Source: Anaeromyxobacteraceae bacterium (GTDB lineage Bacteria > Myxococcota > Myxococcia > Myxococcales > Anaeromyxobacteraceae). Taken from it: a stretch of DNA of 64,000 bases. A program made the position numbers and the translations under genes. This document shows positions 1 through 9,171 of this stretch, piece after piece. The notes under the pieces are model-generated. The model saw nothing but the letters and a program-made list of their open reading frames with translations, did not search any database and had not been told where the DNA came from. Position 1 is the first letter of the stretch, and each line of letters starts with the position of its first letter. The stretch lies in assembly GCA_032654565.1 (NCBI GenBank), contig JAULAX010000017.1:608001-672000 (forward strand). Direction: 5' to 3'.

Positions 1-759
1 CGAGTCGATGCGCCGGCTCGGGCCGCCCGCCGGTGCCTCGCTCCGGGTCGGCTCCACACCGAGGCGCTGCGCCACCCACTCGATCACCTCGCGGCGGCGC
101 GGCGGGGCGGCGTCGCTGCCGTGGTAGGCCGCCCCCGGCTCGCCCCGGTCGAGCGCCGCCAGCACGAAGGCGACGGCGTCGTCGAGGTGGCACCAGTTCA
201 TGAAGGCGTCGTCGCCGGGGCCGAGCGCCATGGCGCCGGAGCGGACCCGCTGCAGCACGCCGGAGCGCCCCGGGCCGTAGAGGCCGGAGAGGCGCAGCAG
301 GCAGGCCGGCACGCCCGGCGCGGCCCCGCGGACCAGCCGCTCCGCCTCCACCAGCACCTCGGCGGTCGGGCTCCCCGGGGCCGGCGGCGTGGTCTCGACC
401 ACCAGCGAGCCGTCGCGCTGGCCGAAGACGCCGGTCGAGCCGGTGTAGACGAAGCGGCTGGCGCCATGGCGCGCCGCCGCCTCCAGCAGCGCCCGGTTGG
501 CGGTGACGTAGGCGGCCCGATAGTTCTCGACGGTGTCGCCGCCGGCCGACTGGCAGGCCACCACGGCGTCGAAGGGGGGCAGCCGGCCGGCCGCGCCGGA
601 GGCCGAGAGGTCGAGCGCCAGCGGCGTCACGCCGGGGGCCCGCAGCGCCTCGGCCCGGGCCGGATCGCGCCGCAGCGCGATCACCTGGTCGCCGCGGGCC
701 ACCAGCGCCTGCGCCACCGCGCTCCCCAGCCACCCGGCTCCTGCCACCAGGACCTTCAT
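1..759 (-). CDS. NAD-dependent epimerase/dehydratase (SDR family), runs off left edge
   Basis: Hand-translated from ATG 759: MKVLVAGAGWLGSAVAQAL (GxGxxG), later FVYTGSTGVFG and LRLSGLYGPGR. Start overlaps the hicB stop (ATGA). Absent from the ORF track because no stop lies in the window. Confidence 0.85.
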   Translation of the reverse strand, partial: MKVLVAGAGWLGSAVAQALVARGDQVIALRRDPARAEALRAPGVTPLALDLSASGAAGRLPPFDAVVACQSAGGDTVENYRAAYVTANRALLEAAARHGASRFVYTGSTGVFGQRDGSLVVETTPPAPGSPTAEVLVEAERLVRGAAPGVPACLLRLSGLYGPGRSGVLQRVRSGAMALGPGDDAFMNWCHLDDAVAFVLAALDRGEPGAAYHGSDAAPPRRREVIEWVAQRLGVEPTRSEAPAGGPSRRIDS

Positions 760-1097
760 GAGCCGTGTGCCAGCTTGGCGCTGACCAGCCGGTTCAGCGA
801 GACGTTGGACTCGGCCGCCTCGATCGAGAGCCGCCGGTGCACCTCCGGCGGGATGCGCACCTTGAACTGGCCGCTGTAGCGTCGGGTCGCCACCGGCTCG
901 GGAACGGGCTCGCGCGCTCTCCGCAGGTCTTCGACGGCCTGCCGGACCACGTCGACGATGCCGCGGAGCGCGCCCGCCTGGGAGCGTTCCAGCCAGCTCA
1001 TGCTCGGGAACTCCGCGCAGAGCCCGACGTGCTCCTGATCCTCTTCGGACCAGATGACCCGGTAGGTGTACTTCTCGACGACGTCGAGCGTCTTCAC
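756..1097 (-). CDS. hicB: HicB-family antitoxin
   Basis: YTYRVIWSEEDQEHVGLCAEFPSMSW plus C-terminal ribbon-helix-helix YSGQFKVRIPPEVHRRLSIEAAESNVSLN. GTG start overlaps the upstream stop. Confidence 0.9.
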   Translation of the reverse strand: MKTLDVVEKYTYRVIWSEEDQEHVGLCAEFPSMSWLERSQAGALRGIVDVVRQAVEDLRRAREPVPEPVATRRYSGQFKVRIPPEVHRRLSIEAAESNVSLNRLVSAKLAHGS

Positions 1098-1261
1098 GGC
1101 TTCTTCTCCTTGAGCAAGCGATCGATGGCCTGGTTGTGGCTCGACCCCTTGTTCCGCGGCTTGCCGAAGAAGTGAGTGGCCACCCTGCAGAGTTCTGCGA
1201 AGCGGACGTTCGCGGGGTTGGCTCGCAGCTCGGCGAGCAGATCCTCGATGGTCTGGCCCAC
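1094..1261 (-). pseudogene. hicA: HicA-family toxin, 55 aa, apparent internal in-frame deletion
   Basis: MGQTIEDLLAELRANPANVRFAELCRVATHFFGKPRNKGSSH|NQAIDRLLKEKKP. The N-half and GSSH motif of HicA join directly to the terminal helix. Coupled to hicB by GTGA. Confidence 0.75.
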
Positions 1262-1265
1262 GCGA

Positions 1266-1296
1266 GGATGGTGCCACTATTGACCCCATCCGTCAA
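1266..1296 (-). promoter_or_regulatory. sigma70-like hicAB promoter with overlapping inverted repeat (likely HicB operator)
   Basis: Minus strand TTGACG-N17-CACCAT ending 6 nt before the GTG start. GGATGG...CCATCC inverted repeat at 1266-1291. Confidence 0.6.
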
Positions 1297-1300
1297 CCCG

Positions 1301-1420
1301 GTCCCCTACCCGTGCACCTTGCGCCCGAACTCCCGCATCCAGCCCTGCTCCTCGGCGGTGAGCGGCCCCTGCTCCAGCGCCGCCAGGTTCTGGCGCAGCT
1401 CGGCCACGTCCTTCGGCCCG
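1301..1420 (-). repeat. Displaced second copy of the 3' end of the aldo/keto reductase gene (direct repeat of 11354-11473)
   Basis: 105/120 identity by manual alignment. Encodes GPKDVAELRQNLAALEQGPLTAEEQGWMREFGRKVHG*. Confidence 0.9.
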
Positions 1421-1546
1421 ACGTCCCGGCCAGCCACTCCGTCGCGAGTCTAGCGCTGGCCCTGAGGGTCTCCAGGGTGGACCCTTCGGTGCGGGCCTCA
1501 GCGAGGGTCCTCCAGATCAGGTCGCCGAGGTGCTGGCCGCCCTTGT

Positions 1547-2971
1547 TCAGGACGGTATGTGAACCTCGATGGAAACCGCGTCGCCTGAGCGATAGCCAAA
1601 CAGGAAGTGCAATGTACCGAGGGCTGCGTCGGCAAGGTCGGCGCAGTCGTCAGCGTCTCGCACTGGGACGTAGCGGCTGAAGTTGTCCTCACCTCGGGGC
1701 CAACGGAATCCGGCGCTGCTGAGCATCGCCACGGCGCGCTCGTCGATGCAGGCCTCGACCATGGGAATGCTGCGATGCGAGACGATCTCGACCAGGTACT
1801 CCGGTGCCTCGACGTTCGCGAGACTTTGCACGTAGAAGGGCCCGTACCCGATGATGCAGAAGGCTCCATCGCTAGGGCCGACCGAGCGCCCACGAATGGC
1901 CCGCAAGGCATCGACGGCCTGCGCCCGCTGGTCGAGCGAGAAGGCCCCCCGTCCATGGGCTGCCAGTTCGTCAAGGTCACCGGTCAGCGCGATCCGAGGA
2001 ATGGCGCTCGTGGGTTCGGAGCCGGGGGCGAGGACGTGAGCGACCAGGTCCCTGATCGACCGCTCTGTCTCCTGGGACAGGACGGCGTTGCCCACGCCAG
2101 AGGCGCGAACCAGTCGCCAACCATCGTTGGAGCGCCGAAGTGCGACGGTCGCCCGCTCGTTGCCTGTCCAGGAGTAGTACGCCCAGGCACCGCTCGCAGC
2201 GTTGTCCACCAGGTCCGCGAGGCAGTTGCACATCGAGAGACCTTCACGACGCAGCGCCTTGGAGTCGGCCAATCGTGGAAGCCGTGGGCCGAGGTCGGGC
2301 GCCTGCGGGAAACGGGAGGCACAACGCGAGGCGTCGGTCACCATGTAGAAGAAGTCGTAGAAGGTCGCGAGCGAACGAATCATGTCGCAGGACCGAACCA
2401 GAACGCGGCGGCGTAGAGGCCCTGCCCCGTCAAGCGCCTCCGAGAGTTGGCGCCAGTGCTCTGCAGGGACGGTGTTGCGATTGGCGAAGGAGAGCAGCCC
2501 GGGTCGGCGCAGCTCCAGGGGTATGGCATCGATCTGGCGGACCAGGCGCGGGCCGATTCTGGGAATTGGAACAAAGGACTGGTGATCGCGAGGGCGGTTG
2601 AGCCGCTGGAGGAGCATCCGCCAGTCGGAGGCCCTGAAGTCTGGTGCCGTGCAGCGGGCCAGCACACGGAGAGCAGACGGTGCAACGTCTATTCCGGCCA
2701 GCTTGGCAAGGAGCGTTCGGCGCTGACGGGTTGCGACCTCGTGATAGAGCAGGCGGCGCTCATCGTCCGAAAGGGTTTCCAGCGGTGAGAGGCGCAGGCA
2801 GGCCATGGCGTAGGCCCGGCTGGCGTCGTCGCTGTGCCAGAGGGACGCGAAGTAGGGGTCGGACTGCGCTTCCGCGACGAAGGCTGCGAGAACGGGGCCG
2901 AGGGCGCCGCCACCATCCTGCTTTCGGCTTTGGCCTTCGTGTCCCTGGTCGCCTTCGAGTTCCATGCCCAC
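1547..2971 (-). CDS. PcfJ-like domain protein with C-terminal T3SS-chaperone-like (TY-Chap) domain
   Basis: LRREGLSMCNCL...ERATVAL...GVGN resembles the PcfJ core. AFCII...YVQ...VEIVS...LSSAGFRWP...NFSR...LADAALGTLHFLFGY resembles TY-Chap. Confidence 0.55.
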   Translation of the reverse strand: MGMELEGDQGHEGQSRKQDGGGALGPVLAAFVAEAQSDPYFASLWHSDDASRAYAMACLRLSPLETLSDDERRLLYHEVATRQRRTLLAKLAGIDVAPSALRVLARCTAPDFRASDWRMLLQRLNRPRDHQSFVPIPRIGPRLVRQIDAIPLELRRPGLLSFANRNTVPAEHWRQLSEALDGAGPLRRRVLVRSCDMIRSLATFYDFFYMVTDASRCASRFPQAPDLGPRLPRLADSKALRREGLSMCNCLADLVDNAASGAWAYYSWTGNERATVALRRSNDGWRLVRASGVGNAVLSQETERSIRDLVAHVLAPGSEPTSAIPRIALTGDLDELAAHGRGAFSLDQRAQAVDALRAIRGRSVGPSDGAFCIIGYGPFYVQSLANVEAPEYLVEIVSHRSIPMVEACIDERAVAMLSSAGFRWPRGEDNFSRYVPVRDADDCADLADAALGTLHFLFGYRSGDAVSIEVHIPS

Positions 2972-3083
2972 CTCCGACGGATCACGAAACAGGCCGTCGC
3001 CAGAAAGGCAGTGCAGCCCGCGTGCCAGTCGCTCCGCCGTTCAATGGGGCGCCGTGTCCGTCCCCTGCGGTACCGTCCCTCGA

Positions 3084-4328
3084 ATGCAGTTACGTGTTCG
3101 TATTCACCGCGGGGCCGCCCAGGTCGGCGGAACCTGCGTCGAGCTTGAGGCGCAGGGAAAGCGCATCCTCCTCGATCTCGGGATGCCGCTCGATGCCGAG
3201 GAGGGCGAAGTTCCCCTTCCGGATGTGCCAGGCCTGGGCGGCGACGACCCGAGCTTGCTCGGCATCATCGTCTCGCACCTGCATGGGGACCATTGCGGCC
3301 TCGTTCCGTACGCATCGCGCACGATCCCACTGGCCATGGGGCCGGTCGCAGCTCGCGTCCTCCGCGAGGCTGAGTTCTTCACAGGCCGGCTGCCGTTGCC
3401 AGATCCACGCTGGTCGCTTGTCGACCGGCAGGTCTTCAAGGTCGGGCCGTTCCGGATCACCCCGTACCAGGTGGAGCACAGCGCGCCCGACGCGTTCGCC
3501 TTGCTGATCGAGGCAGAGGGGCGACGGATCTTCTACACGGGCGACTTCAGGGCCCATGGGAACGACCGCGACCCGTGGGGACGCCTGCTCGACGACCCGC
3601 CCCTTGAGGTTCACGCGCTGCTCATGGAGGGGACCCAGATCGGAGGTGGAAGGGAAGGCGACGGACCCACTGAAGGCATGCTGCGCTCCACCCTGGCCCG
3701 CCGGTTCAGCGAGTGGCCCGGGCTGGTGCTGGCGGCTTGGTCGTCGCAGAACTTTGATCGGCTACGCACCTTCTACGAGGCGGCCAAGCAGGCGGGGCGG
3801 ACCCTGGTGGTGGATCTCTACACCGCGACGCTTGCCCAAGCGGCAGGCTTCACAGGGGTACCGGCGCTGGGCGAGGCGGGGTTGAGGGTCTACCTTCGCA
3901 AGAACGAGGGCCGGGCCATCCTGGTGGCCCAGGACTTCAGCCGGACCGAGGCGGTCAAGCGGGCGCGGCTCTACCCGGAGCGCTTCGCCGAGCGGGGACG
4001 GGAGCTGGTGGTGATGTTCCGCCCCTCGGCGCTCTCGCAGTTCGAGCAGGCCGGCGCCCTCCACGGCGCGCTGGCCGTCTGGTCGCTCTGGGGTGGCTAC
4101 CTGAAGAACCCGCTGGAGCAGCGCATGCAGCAAGTCCTCGCCGAGCACGGCGTGGCTTTCGAGCGGCACCACGTGTCAGGGCACGCGTACGTGAGGGACC
4201 TGAATCGGTTCGTCGAGGCGATGGCGCCGGTACGGGTGATTCCGATCCATACCGAGCAGCCGGCGCGCTACGCTGAGTTGTTCCCAGCGGTCGAGCAGCG
4301 AGCGGACGGGGAGTGGTGGGACGTCTAG
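3084..4328 (+). CDS. MBL-fold beta-CASP metallo-hydrolase (RNase J-like)
   Basis: IHRGAAQVGGTCVE, LLDLG, SHLHGDH (HxHxDH), HS, YTGDFRAHG, MEGT, HVSGHA, PIHTE motifs. Confidence 0.9.
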   Translation: MQLRVRIHRGAAQVGGTCVELEAQGKRILLDLGMPLDAEEGEVPLPDVPGLGGDDPSLLGIIVSHLHGDHCGLVPYASRTIPLAMGPVAARVLREAEFFTGRLPLPDPRWSLVDRQVFKVGPFRITPYQVEHSAPDAFALLIEAEGRRIFYTGDFRAHGNDRDPWGRLLDDPPLEVHALLMEGTQIGGGREGDGPTEGMLRSTLARRFSEWPGLVLAAWSSQNFDRLRTFYEAAKQAGRTLVVDLYTATLAQAAGFTGVPALGEAGLRVYLRKNEGRAILVAQDFSRTEAVKRARLYPERFAERGRELVVMFRPSALSQFEQAGALHGALAVWSLWGGYLKNPLEQRMQQVLAEHGVAFERHHVSGHAYVRDLNRFVEAMAPVRVIPIHTEQPARYAELFPAVEQRADGEWWDV

Positions 4329-4967
4329 TCGACGGCACAACGGTGACGGGAGATTCGAATGGCCGCAAAGACCAATCTCGACGTGTTGGCCACGATGGAG
4401 GCAGGAGCCAAGGAGCGGCGCGAGCGGCTGGACCGTCGCCTCATGCAGGAGCGGAACGCCTACATCCGGGTCAACGGTGCCGGGTTTCGTGCCGTCTCGG
4501 TGGCTCCGGACTCGCCCCTCAGCGGCTTCTCGAAGCGAACGAAAGGGACGCTCGATTCGGCGGTGAAGGACACATGGGATGAGGCGACGGGTACTGGGAA
4601 GGCGGTCGAGCACCTCAAGGAGTTCGACAAGGTCGAGCGAAGCCTCCAGGCCCACATCATCAGGAAGGCGCTGGAGAATCGCGGTGACCTGCGGAAGGTC
4701 CTCGGTGGGGAGCCCCTCCCATTCGACGAGCTGACCTTCGCATTCGATGAGGTGAGCCTCAATCGGAGCGAGGACGAGACGATCCGCGACATGGTCCGCT
4801 GTGACTTGCTCGCGGTCGGGAAGTTCGGGAAGCGCTACGAGCCGGTGCTCATCGAGCTGAAGTACAGGCTCGACGGAACCCTGCTAAACGTGCTGAAGAA
4901 GCAGCTCAAGGCGTTCATCAAGCAGATCGGAACCTGTCAACACGAATGAGACAACCTGCTGCTGAGA

Positions 4968-5972
4968 TTACTGACGCACTTCCTCTGTCGGTGAAATCTG
5001 CTGCGGCTTGTTGATCCAGACCTCGGTGGGCACGGCGCCGGCCGACGGGGCGCCGGCGGGGAACCGCTCGGGCCGATCGGCGAAGGCGGCCGCCAGGACC
5101 GCGCTGCGGGCCTCCAGGCGGGCGCCGGCGAGGCCGTGGTGGACGTCGTGGGGCGTGAGGAGGCCGAGGCCACCGTGGCGGTGCTCGTTGTTGTACCAGC
5201 CGAAGAAGTCGACGCAGTGGGCCCGGCCGTGCTCGATGGCGCCGAAGCGCTCCGGGAAGTCGGGCCGGTACTTCATGGTCTTGAACTGAGACTCGGAGAA
5301 CGGGTTGTCGTTCGAGACGTGGGGCCGCGAGTGGCTCTTGGTGACGCCCAGGTCCGCGAGCATGAGCGCGACGGGCTTAGAGCGCATCGAGGTGCCGCGG
5401 TCGGCGTGGACCGTGAGCTGGTCGCGCTGGATGCCCTGGCGCTCACAGGTCTCGCGGATGAGCCGCTCGGCGAGCGCGGCGGTCTCGCGGTGCGCGAGCA
5501 TCCAGCCGACCACGTACCTGCTGTAGACGTCGAGGATCACGTACAGGTGGAAGTAGGTCCACTTCCGCGGGCCGAGCAGCTTGGTGATGTCCCAGCTCCA
5601 GAGCTGGTTCGGCCCGGTGGCCAGCAGCTCGGGTGCCGTGTAGGCCGGGTGGCGCAGCTGGTCGCGGCGCTCGCGAACCTCCGCGTTCTCAGCCAGGACG
5701 CGGTACATCGTGCGCTCCGAGCAGAGGTAGCGCCCCTCGTCGAGCAGCGTCGCGTGGACCTCGGCCGGCGCGAGGTCGGCGAAGCGCGGCTCGTTCAGCA
5801 CGTCGAGCACGGCGCGCTTCTCGGTGGCGTCCAAGGCGCGATGGGAGGTCCGCTTCGCCCGCGGCCGTGGCGGCCTGAGGCGACGGTAGTAGGTAGCCTT
5901 GGGGAGCCCCACGGCCGCACAGGCCGCGGCGAAGCCGAGGCGCGGGCCAAGCTCGGTGACGGCCTGCATCAC
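4968..5972 (-). CDS. IS3-family transposase OrfB (DDE/rve)
   Basis: PNQLWSWDIT, ILDVYSRYVVGW, HADRG, NDNPFSESQFKTMK, WYNNEHRH. Confidence 0.95.
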   Translation of the reverse strand: MMQAVTELGPRLGFAAACAAVGLPKATYYRRLRPPRPRAKRTSHRALDATEKRAVLDVLNEPRFADLAPAEVHATLLDEGRYLCSERTMYRVLAENAEVRERRDQLRHPAYTAPELLATGPNQLWSWDITKLLGPRKWTYFHLYVILDVYSRYVVGWMLAHRETAALAERLIRETCERQGIQRDQLTVHADRGTSMRSKPVALMLADLGVTKSHSRPHVSNDNPFSESQFKTMKYRPDFPERFGAIEHGRAHCVDFFGWYNNEHRHGGLGLLTPHDVHHGLAGARLEARSAVLAAAFADRPERFPAGAPSAGAVPTEVWINKPQQISPTEEVRQ

Positions 5973-6387
5973 CGCTCCTCGTCGGGCTTCGGGAGTTGGA
6001 TCCCCAGCAGCTCCGAGACTTTTTTTGGAGCTCAACGAGCCCTTCCGCACGCTCCGCGCGCCGCTGCAGGCGGGCGTTGTCACGCTGCAGCTCGACGACC
6101 TTGCGCTCGAGCGGGTGCGGAACCTTCGCCGCCGGCCCGCGCTTCCTGGGGGTCAGCCCGGCCAAGGCTCCGCTGTCGCGGGCCCGCCGCCACTCGACCA
6201 GGTGGGACGAATACAGGCCCTCTCGCCGCAGCAAGGCGCCGATCTCGCCGGCCTTGGTGCAGGCATCGGCCTCGGCAAGCACCTTCCGCTTGAACTCGGC
6301 GGTGAACTGCCGCCTCCGGGGCTTCGCGGTCACTTCGGTCTCCTGCCCAACCAAACCCATCTCTGCGGTGCTCACGTGGAAGTCCAA
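5689..6387 (-). CDS. IS3-family OrfA of copy 1, C-terminus frameshifted by A7 run
   Basis: RRQFTAEFKRKVL...LLRREGLYSSHLVEWRR HTH. Diverges from copy 2 OrfA after LQKK. Confidence 0.8.
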   Translation of the reverse strand: MDFHVSTAEMGLVGQETEVTAKPRRRQFTAEFKRKVLAEADACTKAGEIGALLRREGLYSSHLVEWRRARDSGALAGLTPRKRGPAAKVPHPLERKVVELQRDNARLQRRAERAEGLVELQKKSRSCWGSNSRSPTRSGDAGRHRAWPAPRLRRGLCGRGAPQGYLLPSPQAATAAGEADLPSRLGRHREARRARRAERAALRRPRAGRGPRDAARRGALPLLGAHDVPRPG

Positions 6388-6744
6388 GCTCGCCCTTCTA
6401 CACTAAACTCCGTGGGGGTCGTTGTCTCACTCACGTTGGCAGAGAGGGGAGTCCGCCGCTACGATACCCGGTTCAAGAAGCTGCTCGAAGCGGCGACGGG
6501 CCATGAGGTGAGCATGGAGCGGGTACACGCGCTCATCGCGTGGCCCGAGGAAGCCGGCGGCCAGACCGTGAGCAAGCTGGCGCAGCGAATGAAAGAACTG
6601 GGCTTGGGTGCCGTGGTCTTCGCCATGGAGGAGAAGCGCGCCGACCAGATGCGACGCTTTGGTGAGGCTCGCGTCGTCTCCAACGTCACGCTGTTGACAG
6701 CGAAGGATTGAAGGGCCCGGTGCGCAGGGGGTTGGGGGGGGATC

Positions 6745-6811
6745 GCGAGACACTCCAGTCACCAGGCGGTAGGCTCCTCGGCGACATGACGACCGCATGG
6801 TTGGCCGGTGG
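6745..6811 (+). repeat. Direct repeat with 10802-10870 (leader and first codons of the oxidoreductase gene)
   Basis: Core 6765-6811 matches 10824-10870 at 45/47. GCGAGA(C/G)ACTCC is shared upstream. Confidence 0.85.
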
Positions 6812-7424
6812 GAGCGGACTGGTGGGGGGCGTGCTCCTCCGGGAGCTCCTCGGAGACGACCACTTCACGCAGGTCGTCTCGGTGGGACGCCGCACCCTGG
6901 CCGTCGAGCACCCGAAGCTCACGCAGGTGGTGGCCGACTTCTCGCCACCGACCGGGTTCGAGTCCCTGGCGCCGCCCGACGTGGCGTTCGGCTGCCTGGG
7001 GACGACCATCAAGAAGGTCGGGTCGGCCGAGGCGTTCCGCAAGGTGGACCACGACGCGGTGCTGGCCTTCGCGCAGGCCGCCAGGGCCCGGGGCGCGCGG
7101 GTCTTCGTCCACGTGACGGCGCTCGGCGCGGACCCGCGTTCCCGCGTCTTCTACAACTCCGTGAAGGGCGAGATCGAACGCGACGTGGCCCTGCTCGGCT
7201 TCCCCAGCGTCTACGCCCTGCGCCCCTCCATCCTCGACGGAGCCCGGCGGGAGCGTCGACCCGCAGAGCAAGTCGGGCTGGTGGTGGCCCGCCGCCTCGG
7301 CCGCCTGCTCGGGAAGTACCGGCCGACGCCGGTCGCTGCCGTGGTGAGGGCGATGATCGCCTCGGCGAAGGCGGCGGCGCCGGGTGTCCATGTGGTCGAG
7401 GCCGGCGAGATCTTCGAGGGGTGA
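6786..7424 (+). CDS. NAD(P)H-binding oxidoreductase (TIP30/HTATIP2/YraR-like)
   Basis: AWLAGGSGLVG, FGCLGTTIKKVGSAEAFRKVDHD, FYNSVKGEIE, LRPSILDG. Confidence 0.9.
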   Translation: MTTAWLAGGSGLVGGVLLRELLGDDHFTQVVSVGRRTLAVEHPKLTQVVADFSPPTGFESLAPPDVAFGCLGTTIKKVGSAEAFRKVDHDAVLAFAQAARARGARVFVHVTALGADPRSRVFYNSVKGEIERDVALLGFPSVYALRPSILDGARRERRPAEQVGLVVARRLGRLLGKYRPTPVAAVVRAMIASAKAAAPGVHVVEAGEIFEG

Positions 7425-7472
7425 GGATGGCGCCGCTCCCCCCCCCCCGCACCCCGATCGAGGAGGACGACC

Positions 7473-8387
7473 ATGAAGGCCGTCGTGTACGAGCGGTACG
7501 GACCTCCTGAAGTCCTTCAGCTCAAGGACGTCGCAAAGCCCGTGCCCGCGGACGACGAGATCCTGGTGAAGGTGCACGCGACCACCGTGGCGGCCGGGGA
7601 CTGGCGCATGCGCAAGGCCGATCCGTTCGCGGCGCGGCTCTACAACGGGCTCTTCAGGCCGAAGAAGGTGACCGTTCTCGGGTTCGAGCTGGCCGGAGAG
7701 GTCGAGGCGGTCGGGAAGGAGGTGCGGCGCTTCAGGGGAGGCGACCAGGTCTTCGCCTTCACCGGCTTTGGCTTTGGTGCGCACGCCCAGTACCGGTGCC
7801 TGCGGGAGAGCGGAAAGATCACCACGGTCGGCCTCGTGGCGCACAAGCCCGTCAACATGAGCTTCGAACAGGCCGCCGCCCTGCCCGTCGGCGGGCTGAC
7901 GGCGCAGGCCTTCCTGCGCAAGGCGGGTGTTCGCAGCGGCGAGCGGGTCCTCGTCTACGGAGCGTCGGGGAGCGTGGGGACCTTCGCGGTCCAGCTGGCC
8001 AGGCACCTCGGAGCGCAGGTGACCGGCGTCTGCAGCGCCACCAACGTGGCGCTGGTCACATCCCTCGGCGCCACCGAGGTCATTGACTACACGAAGGACG
8101 ACTTCACCAAAGGCGGGCGCAGCTACGACGTGGTCTTCGACGCGGTGGGACGGATCGCCGCCTCGCGCTGCAAGCTAGCGCTCAAGAAGGGCGGGCGCTT
8201 CGTCTCGGTCAACGGCACGTCGAAGCTCCAGGCCGGGGATCTCGATGCGCTCAAGGAGCTGGTCGAGGCGGGCGAGCTGACGTCGGTCATCGATCGGCGG
8301 TACACGCTCGAGCAGATCGCCGAGGCTCACCGTTACGTGGAGCAGGGGCACAAGAAGGGGAACGTGGTGGTCGTGGTTTCGCACTGA
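7473..8387 (+). CDS. MDR-family NAD(P)-dependent alcohol dehydrogenase/quinone oxidoreductase
   Basis: [56 protein letters not shown]. Confidence 0.92.
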   Translation: MKAVVYERYGPPEVLQLKDVAKPVPADDEILVKVHATTVAAGDWRMRKADPFAARLYNGLFRPKKVTVLGFELAGEVEAVGKEVRRFRGGDQVFAFTGFGFGAHAQYRCLRESGKITTVGLVAHKPVNMSFEQAAALPVGGLTAQAFLRKAGVRSGERVLVYGASGSVGTFAVQLARHLGAQVTGVCSATNVALVTSLGATEVIDYTKDDFTKGGRSYDVVFDAVGRIAASRCKLALKKGGRFVSVNGTSKLQAGDLDALKELVEAGELTSVIDRRYTLEQIAEAHRYVEQGHKKGNVVVVVSH

Positions 8388-8751
8388 CGTGTCGACTCGA
8401 GTCGCCGCGGGAGTCGGCGGCGAACTCGAACAGCCGGAGCGAGAACGGCGCCACCTCCCGCCTTCTCGGGGTCATGGCTTGGTGGGGCCCGGAGAATCGG
8501 GCGAACCGACCAGGGGTTGACCGCGGACCTTGTCGTCCTCCTGGCGTGCCAGGTTGTCCAGCAACGCGGACATGTCCTCCAGCGAGACGACGTAGTCGGC
8601 TCCCGCTGCGTCCAAGGCGTTCCACGGCATGGCACCGAACGCCGCGGTCCGCGGGTCCTGAACTACTGCCACGCCGCCCGCGCGGCGCACCCCTCTCTGC
8701 CAACGTGAGTGAGACAACGACCCCCACGGAGTTTAGTGTAGAAGGGCGAGC

Positions 8752-9171
8752 TTGGACTTCCACGTGAGCACCGCAGAGATGGGTTTGGTTGGGCAGGAGA
8801 CCGAAGTGACCGCGAAGCCCCGGAGGCGGCAGTTCACCGCCGAGTTCAAGCGGAAGGTGCTTGCCGAGGCCGATGCCTGCACCAAGGCCGGCGAGATCGG
8901 CGCCTTGCTGCGGCGAGAGGGCCTGTATTCGTCCCACCTGGTCGAGTGGCGGCGGGCCCGCGACAGCGGAGCCTTGGCCGGGCTGACCCCCAGGAAGCGC
9001 GGGCCGGCGGCGAAGGTTCCGCACCCGCTCGAGCGCAAGGTCGTCGAGCTGCAGCGTGACAACGCCCGCCTGCAGCGGCGCGCGGAGCGTGCGGAAGGGC
9101 TCGTTGAGCTCCAAAAAAAAGTCTCGGAGCTGCTGGGGATCCAACTCCCGAAGCCCGACGAGGAGCGGTGA
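8752..9171 (+). CDS. IS3-family OrfA
   Basis: HTH plus coiled-coil/leucine zipper. Stop overlaps the orfB start. Confidence 0.9.
   Translation: MDFHVSTAEMGLVGQETEVTAKPRRRQFTAEFKRKVLAEADACTKAGEIGALLRREGLYSSHLVEWRRARDSGALAGLTPRKRGPAAKVPHPLERKVVELQRDNARLQRRAERAEGLVELQKKVSELLGIQLPKPDEER

Larger units (their letters stand above)
4928..6448 (-). mobile_element. IS3-family insertion sequence, copy 1 (1521 bp)
   Basis: Reverse complement of 8691-10212 apart from one synonymous SNP and A7 versus A8 that I could see. Imperfect IRs TGCCAACGTGAGTGAGACAAC / TGTCAACACGAATGAGACAAC. Confidence 0.95.
4359..6711 (+). pseudogene. PD-(D/E)xK nuclease-like gene (~277 aa) split by IS copy 1
   Basis: N-part has E...RCDLLAV...VLIELK...QLKAF. 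An open C-part (VRRYDTRFKKLLEAAT...VHALIAWP...) resumes right after the IS and stops at 6711. Confidence 0.65.
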
